Shown: positions 38,628 to 43,481 of the stretch, in pieces
Numbering within the stretch: the first letter of the stretch is position 1
How the letters are laid out: every line of letters begins with the position of its first letter
DNA from: a candidate division WOR-3 bacterium
GTDB taxonomy: Bacteria > SDB-A
Assembly (NCBI GenBank): GCA_016934535.1
Contig: JAFGSQ010000011.1
Span: forward strand, 1 to 43,481
Length of the DNA stretch: 43,481 nucleotides
Reading direction: 5' to 3'
The notes under the pieces: generated by a model
Told to the model about the DNA's origin: nothing
The model's database searches: none
The model's input: the letters and a program-made list of their open reading frames with translations, nothing else
Program-made: the position numbers and the translations under genes

Positions 38628-38721
38628 TTTCATCTCCGGTTTAAGTCATTGAATTGTATCAGAAAGCGTATTAGAATTTTAACCGAAATGTAGGGTTATT
38701 TTCAAAATAAAAGGAGGCCGC

Positions 38722-39774
38722 ATGATTGAAAAAATAATTCGATGTCTCGGCGGCGAAGCGGAAAACCTCCTGAACTACCGCTGTTCAGGCATCCCAAAAG
38801 AGAACCTTCATCTTCCAGGAAACGATTACATAGACAGAGTGTTTTCTGCAAGCGACAGACCAACGACCGTAATGAGAAATCTTCAGCAGATTTTCAACAC
38901 AGGAAGATTGGCCGGAACGGGATACCTTTCCATACTGCCCGTAGATCAGGGTATAGAGCATTCTGCCGGCGCTTCTTTCGCTCCGAATCCCGAATACTTC
39001 GATCCTGAAAACATTGTCCGACTCGCGATAGCCGGAGGATGTAACGCCGTCGCTTCCACTCTCGGAGTCCTCGGTTCCGTGGCGAGAAAGTACGCTCACA
39101 AGATTCCATTCATAGTAAAGATTAACCACAACGAACTTTTGACATATCCAAACATCCACGATCAGACGCTTTTTGCCTCCGTCGAACAGGCTTTCGATAT
39201 GGGAGCAATCGCTGTCGGAGCAACTGTTTATTACGGATCCGCGGAATCGAGAAGACAGATAACCGAGATTTCCGAGGCGTTCGAACACGCCCACGGACTT
39301 GGCCTTGTCACTATTTTGTGGGCTTATCTCAGGAATGAGAGCTTTAAAACCCAGTCAACAGATTATCACGTTTCCGCAGACCTTACAGGACAAGCCAACC
39401 ATCTCGCCGTAACCATTGAGGCGGACATAGTCAAACAGAAACAACCTGAGAACAACGGCGGATTCAGAGACTTAAAATTCGGAAAAACCCACAAAGATGT
39501 TTATTCCACTCTCGCAAAAATACATCCAATAGATTTGACGAGATATCAGGTCGCCAACTGCTACATGGGCAGAATCGGGCTTATCAACTCGGGCGGAGCA
39601 TCAGGCGAGAATGATCTGTCTCAAGCAGTTAAAACTGCCGTAATAAACAAAAGAGCGGGAGGTATGGGGCTGATTTCAGGCAGAAAAGCTTTTCAAAAAC
39701 CTTCGGAAGAAGGAGTCAGTCTGCTGAACGCCATACAGGACGTCTATCTGTGCGAAGACGTCTCCATAGCGTGA
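38722..39774 (+). CDS. fbaB: Class I fructose-bisphosphate aldolase (FbaB/DhnA type)
   Basis: [20 protein letters not shown] Schiff-base lysine, GLINSGG and [10 protein letters not shown]. Confidence 0.95.
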   Translation: MIEKIIRCLGGEAENLLNYRCSGIPKENLHLPGNDYIDRVFSASDRPTTVMRNLQQIFNTGRLAGTGYLSILPVDQGIEHSAGASFAPNPEYFDPENIVRLAIAGGCNAVASTLGVLGSVARKYAHKIPFIVKINHNELLTYPNIHDQTLFASVEQAFDMGAIAVGATVYYGSAESRRQITEISEAFEHAHGLGLVTILWAYLRNESFKTQSTDYHVSADLTGQANHLAVTIEADIVKQKQPENNGGFRDLKFGKTHKDVYSTLAKIHPIDLTRYQVANCYMGRIGLINSGGASGENDLSQAVKTAVINKRAGGMGLISGRKAFQKPSEEGVSLLNAIQDVYLCEDVSIA

Positions 39775-39790
39775 TGAGATTTTCTCCCTT

Positions 39791-40780
39791 TCATCTCTGC
39801 CCGTAGTTTTTGTAAAAATCTTCTTTTTTTCTGTACATTTGAAGGTCGGCGAACGAGATAAGCTCTTCAATGCTCCTTGGGTTCTGAGGATCGAACACTG
39901 CGAATCCGTAACTGACTGTTATGTTGTATTTCGTTTCTTCTTTTGCGTTGTGAGTGTCTAAATTTTTTCTAATCCTTTTCCAGATAAGATCGGTTTTTTC
40001 AAGCGCCAGGGACTGAAAAATTATTATGAATTCGTCTCCTCCGAGCCTGAACACGACGTCAGATTCCCTTATCGAAGCATTGAGAATCTCTGTGAGTTTG
40101 ACAAGCAGATTGTCTCCCTCGTTGTGTCCAAAATCATCGTTGATGTTTTTCAGTCCGTTGACGTCGACAAAACATATCAAAAATGGAAGGTTTTCCTTAA
40201 AAGATTCCTTTATCCTGTGCTCGAGAAATAAAAGACCCGCGCGTCTGTTATAAATGCCTGTCAGGTCGTCCGTAGAGGCGAAAAATCTAAGTTCTTCTTC
40301 TATTTCCATTTTTCTGTTCAGTTCTTCCTGCAGTTTTTGATTGGTCTTGGCGAGATTTGATGCCCTTCTTTCCACTCTTTCATTCAATGTGCTTTTAAGT
40401 TCTTCTAAATTTTTAGTCCACATTCTGTTTATCGAAGTGGCGTCAATAATAAAGCATACTGAGCCTGAAAAACCTGCTTCAATTTTAAAAGGAATAATCT
40501 TCATGATCGCGGTCATTTCGCGGTTGTCTTTTTCATATTTTATTTCGATTTGGGATTCTTTGCCATCCGCCATGATTTTTTCAAGAGCTGTCTCAATATA
40601 TTCTTTGTTCTTGGGTCCGAACAAATCCGAAATTTTTACATTTTTGCCGCTTTCAGACTTTCCTTCGGCTATCTTTAGAAAGTCTTTGCCGCAATTCAGT
40701 ACTGTCAACTCCGAATCTGTCAGAAGGACAGAAAAGTTTCTGAATTCGAATATATCTTTTTCTATGCCCATCGTATCCAA
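39791..40780 (-). CDS. Diguanylate cyclase (PAS-like domain, coiled coil, GGDEF)
   Basis: DDLTGIYNRR, INDDFGHNEGD, RESD I-site and intact GGDEF. Confidence 0.92.
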   Translation of the reverse strand: MDTMGIEKDIFEFRNFSVLLTDSELTVLNCGKDFLKIAEGKSESGKNVKISDLFGPKNKEYIETALEKIMADGKESQIEIKYEKDNREMTAIMKIIPFKIEAGFSGSVCFIIDATSINRMWTKNLEELKSTLNERVERRASNLAKTNQKLQEELNRKMEIEEELRFFASTDDLTGIYNRRAGLLFLEHRIKESFKENLPFLICFVDVNGLKNINDDFGHNEGDNLLVKLTEILNASIRESDVVFRLGGDEFIIIFQSLALEKTDLIWKRIRKNLDTHNAKEETKYNITVSYGFAVFDPQNPRSIEELISFADLQMYRKKEDFYKNYGQR

Positions 40781-40975
40781 TCAATAATTATATTTGACCG
40801 GCGTGAGTCGTAAAAATTGACTTCACATTATTTTGTAAATTTTATCTTTTTTATCGTCAATTGGGAAACAGTCTCTTCAAAAATATTTTATTTTCCGTTT
40901 CAGCAGTTTATGTTAAACATGAAATAGACCTGACTGTGTGATAGAATAACGAAAACTTTTCCATTGGAGGGTGCA

Positions 40976-41794
40976 ATGAAGAAAGTATTTTGTTTTTTCC
41001 CTGTTTTGATGATTTTCGCCACTGTTTCGCAGGCAGAATCGGGCATGCCGACATCGCTCGATATTTCTGAAAATTTGCATCCATATTACATTCAGGACAA
41101 CCTTGACCTCACAAGGCTCCCGGAGGGTACTATCAGAGTCTTGACCGAAAATGAATGGATCGAATTAACTGTAAATAACCTGTCTGAAAAATTTATGGAG
41201 TGGAACATCGCGAGCAGGAGAGAAGCCCTTCAAATGTGGAAAAACGGGGAGATGCCGCCTCTTTCGGGCCCTCATTCAGGTATGATCGCTTCATACGGCG
41301 GAAAAAGGGAAGACACCAGAATCAGCATTAACAACGCCGTAAAAGGTCTCGGGTTCCTTCCGAAAGAGGAATTCATTGAAGAAGTGTCAGAACTTCTGAC
41401 AGATAATTTCGATTCTTCTTTCATCCGTAAACTCGACATCCTCGATTCACTTTACAGCAATCCGGACATCTTCGACAAAACTAAACAGGTCAGTCTCGAA
41501 CTTTACACCACTGAAGAATTCAGGACCCACACTTTCCTTAACATAATTGCATGCCCGTTGGTTTCAATCGTCTTTCTCGACATACCGTCTTATGAGATAA
41601 AAGCCGTCGCTCAGATCATACATCCGGAAGATCCCAACCTTTCCGAATACGAAAGAAATACGGTCGAATACATAAACACCGTCCACGACTTCATACACGG
41701 TATTTCACCTGAAAAATCAATGGCTCTCGTCTTTCATGTGATAGAAGTCTTTGACAATTCACCGAGATCAAGGGGAATCAGGATAGTTCCTTGA
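40976..41794 (+). CDS. Secreted hypothetical protein, possible split-barrel (PNPOx-like) C-terminal domain
   Basis: RBS GGAGG, signal peptide ending SQA; HTFLNI...P.VSIVF pattern. Confidence 0.55.
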   Translation: MKKVFCFFPVLMIFATVSQAESGMPTSLDISENLHPYYIQDNLDLTRLPEGTIRVLTENEWIELTVNNLSEKFMEWNIASRREALQMWKNGEMPPLSGPHSGMIASYGGKREDTRISINNAVKGLGFLPKEEFIEEVSELLTDNFDSSFIRKLDILDSLYSNPDIFDKTKQVSLELYTTEEFRTHTFLNIIACPLVSIVFLDIPSYEIKAVAQIIHPEDPNLSEYERNTVEYINTVHDFIHGISPEKSMALVFHVIEVFDNSPRSRGIRIVP

Positions 41795-41811
41795 AATATC
41801 TCTTGGAATAA

Positions 41812-41958
41812 CTATAAAATTACAAACTTTCCCTCATGTAATTTTCTTTCACCCTCTATCCTGAAAAAGTAAACACCGGGATTCAGATTTCTGACGACAA
41901 TGCTTGTTCTGTTGTTTTCTGTTTGGACTCTGTAAGAGGATTCAATTTCTCTTCCTGA
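41812..41958 (-). pseudogene. Orphan 3' remnant of a T9SS-type C-terminal sorting domain gene
   Basis: Reads SGREIESSY...VRNLNPGVYFFRIEGERKLHEGKFVIL*. The frame is closed by a TGA nine codons upstream. Confidence 0.65.
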
Positions 41959-41994
41959 CCCCAAATTTCTGCGACGGTAAACTCATACCGGATT

Positions 41995-42663
41995 TTAGCG
42001 GTTCGGGCGTATATTTTTCCTTAGTTGCTTCCAGGATTTATAGCTCTTTTCGGCGTTCAATTTTTTTAGTTTTTTCCATTCGTCAATAGCCTGTTGTCTT
42101 GTCGCACGTTTTTCGTTTGCCAAATAGTCAGAAATAAAATTTATATATCTTCCGACATCAACCTTTTCAAATTTCCCCTCTGTCTGATTGAGTATAATAA
42201 ATTGGTTGATCAGGTCTCCATAAGTTATTCTTTTTCCATTTGTAATTTGTCGATCACGCCAACGGTTTAGACGATACCAGACTCCTGATTTTATTTTTAG
42301 TCCTCTTACAAGTTTGTCTGCTTCTGTTTTTATAAAATCCGTTGTCTGTTTGTTACTCGTATAATTGATAACCGGCAATGAAGCTGTCAGTCCGATTTCA
42401 ATGTCTTTTTTCCCACGTTTTACAACGTTCTTTCTGTCTGATTTTTTTACCCGTCCATTCCTGATGTAATATTTTATTAGTTGTTCTAATTCGTCTTTGC
42501 GAAGTTTGCCGATATATTTTATGCCGATTTCTCTGGCAAAGGCTTTTATCTCGTCAGAATACCAATATCCATTATCAAATTCAGTTTCGGTTATTTTCTT
42601 TGTGAGTTTAATCTTTTTTTCTTTCGGTTTAGTTGATCTTAATGTTGTATCACGGCTGCTTTT
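41995..42663 (-). CDS. SAP/DUF6434-like protein lacking a canonical start codon
   Basis: The frame of ORF 41995-42378 stays open to 42663 (KLTKKITETEFDNGYWYSDEIKAFAREIGI...LRKDELEQ). No ATG, GTG or TTG occurs in the extension. Confidence 0.55.
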   Translation of the reverse strand, partial: KSSRDTTLRSTKPKEKKIKLTKKITETEFDNGYWYSDEIKAFAREIGIKYIGKLRKDELEQLIKYYIRNGRVKKSDRKNVVKRGKKDIEIGLTASLPVINYTSNKQTTDFIKTEADKLVRGLKIKSGVWYRLNRWRDRQITNGKRITYGDLINQFIILNQTEGKFEKVDVGRYINFISDYLANEKRATRQQAIDEWKKLKKLNAEKSYKSWKQLRKNIRPNR

Positions 42664-42685
42664 TTATATCTAGTTCACCCGCTTC

Positions 42686-42967
42686 TTAAATTTTTAATTT
42701 AATTTTATTTTCAGTATATTGATGAATTAATGCTCCTATTAATGTTTGATATGGAATTCCTGTTTCAATTGATTTTATTTTTAATTTTTGTATATCTTTT
42801 TCGGATAGTCTTATACTAATATGCTTAGATTTTGAAATAGTATTTTTAGCATATTCTTTTGCTGTTTTTATATCTTCTTTAAATGATTTTGATTGTTTTA
42901 ATTTTCCATTTTCATAGTTATTTAATATTTTTAATTCTTCATTATCATATTTTAATTTACTATTCAT
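42686..42967 (-). CDS. CopG/RHH-type antitoxin (BrnA-like)
   Basis: ISIRLS..DI..LK.K....GIPYQTLI; overlaps the 3' end of the toxin gene. Confidence 0.85.
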   Translation of the reverse strand: MNSKLKYDNEELKILNNYENGKLKQSKSFKEDIKTAKEYAKNTISKSKHISIRLSEKDIQKLKIKSIETGIPYQTLIGALIHQYTENKIKLKI

Positions 42968-43241
42968 GTTTACCTCCTAAAATAATCTTAGTTGCTTTTC
43001 TACTTGGTATTATAGTTTTAAGAAATATTTCATTATCATTTTTAACAAATGGCACTAAATATATAAAATTATTAACATTCACTGCATAAATTTTTTGATT
43101 TATGTAATCCTTCTGGTTTGGATGTTCATATACATCAACTAAATTTCCCTCATTAATTGCCAATATAATTTCCTCAAAGCTTATATTTCTTTCAAATTTA
43201 AGTTTTTCATTTTTTTCTTGATTCCAATTATAAACATTCAT
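42960..43241 (-). CDS. BrnT-like ribonuclease toxin
   Basis: WNQEKNEKLK.ER.ISFEEI, HPNQ, YLVPFV and LKTIIPSRKAT; toxin-first gene order. Confidence 0.85.
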   Translation of the reverse strand: MNVYNWNQEKNEKLKFERNISFEEIILAINEGNLVDVYEHPNQKDYINQKIYAVNVNNFIYLVPFVKNDNEIFLKTIIPSRKATKIILGGKHE

Positions 43242-43246
43242 ATATT

Positions 43247-43278
43247 ATTTTATTACTATGTATATACATTGTCAATGT
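43247..43278 (-). promoter_or_regulatory. TA promoter with overlapping operator palindromes
   Basis: TTGACA (43275-43270)-N17-TAAAAT (43252-43247). Palindromes ATGTATATACAT (43258-43269) and ACATTG-T-CAATGT (43266-43278). Confidence 0.75.
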
Positions 43279-43325
43279 TATTAAATTCAATATACATTAA
43301 TCTTAAGGTTTATTCTTTCGAAAAG

Positions 43326-43435
43326 GGGGACGTTGGTTCCAAAACGATTTGACAAAACAGTATAAAAGGGACAGGTTTAATAAGTAGAATAACAGGGGCT
43401 GTTGGTTCAAAATTAGTTTTAATGGACAGTATAAA
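43326..43435 (+). repeat. Degenerate direct repeat with 69-nt offset
   Basis: GGGG..GTTGGTTC.AAA...ACAGTATAAA at 43326-43366 and 43395-43435. Confidence 0.55.
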
Positions 43436-43481
43436 TGGATTGGTCTATTGTTATCCCAAAAAAAGGTTGGATGAAAGCGGC

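Noticed and set aside
41960-42690. Integron attC sites between the cassette-like genes
   Set aside because: Only vague ...GAAC ends are present, with no complementary RYYYAAC/GTTRRRY pair or long imperfect palindrome.
43326-43435. CRISPR array
   Set aside because: Only two poorly matching copies and no cas genes in the window.

Overview
43.5-kb bacterial window from a diderm. It has a TonB-dependent receptor and proteins with FlgD/T9SS-type C-terminal domains; a WOR-3/FCB-like candidate lineage is a guess only. It opens with a divergent tRNA-Ser(GGA)/tmRNA pair and is mostly housekeeping, transport and DNA-repair genes: rmuC, an NSS symporter, an ATL protein, MATE, nfi, addAB, ClC, bioY, SRAP, fbaB and a GGDEF protein. 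It ends in an AT-rich accessory island with a BrnT/CopG-type toxin-antitoxin pair. The main discovery is at 5528-9410. The four ORFs called there are two tandem paralogous genes of 1884 nt each. Each is interrupted at codon 181 by an in-frame TGA in a Cys-TGA-Gly context, followed 21 nt later by an identical hairpin with a GGUC apical loop, the same loop as the E. coli fdhF SECIS. They are best read as a candidate new family of secreted multidomain selenoproteins (627 aa, Cys-Sec-Gly motif, C-terminal sorting domain). Other observations: an internally deleted alkD-like pseudogene, a fused PqqD-radical SAM/SPASM gene with a truncated partner (decaying SynChlorMet-like cassette), an NSS transporter apparently fused to its small subunit, a secreted protein with caspase-like His/Cys motifs, and an orphan sorting-domain remnant at the island junction.
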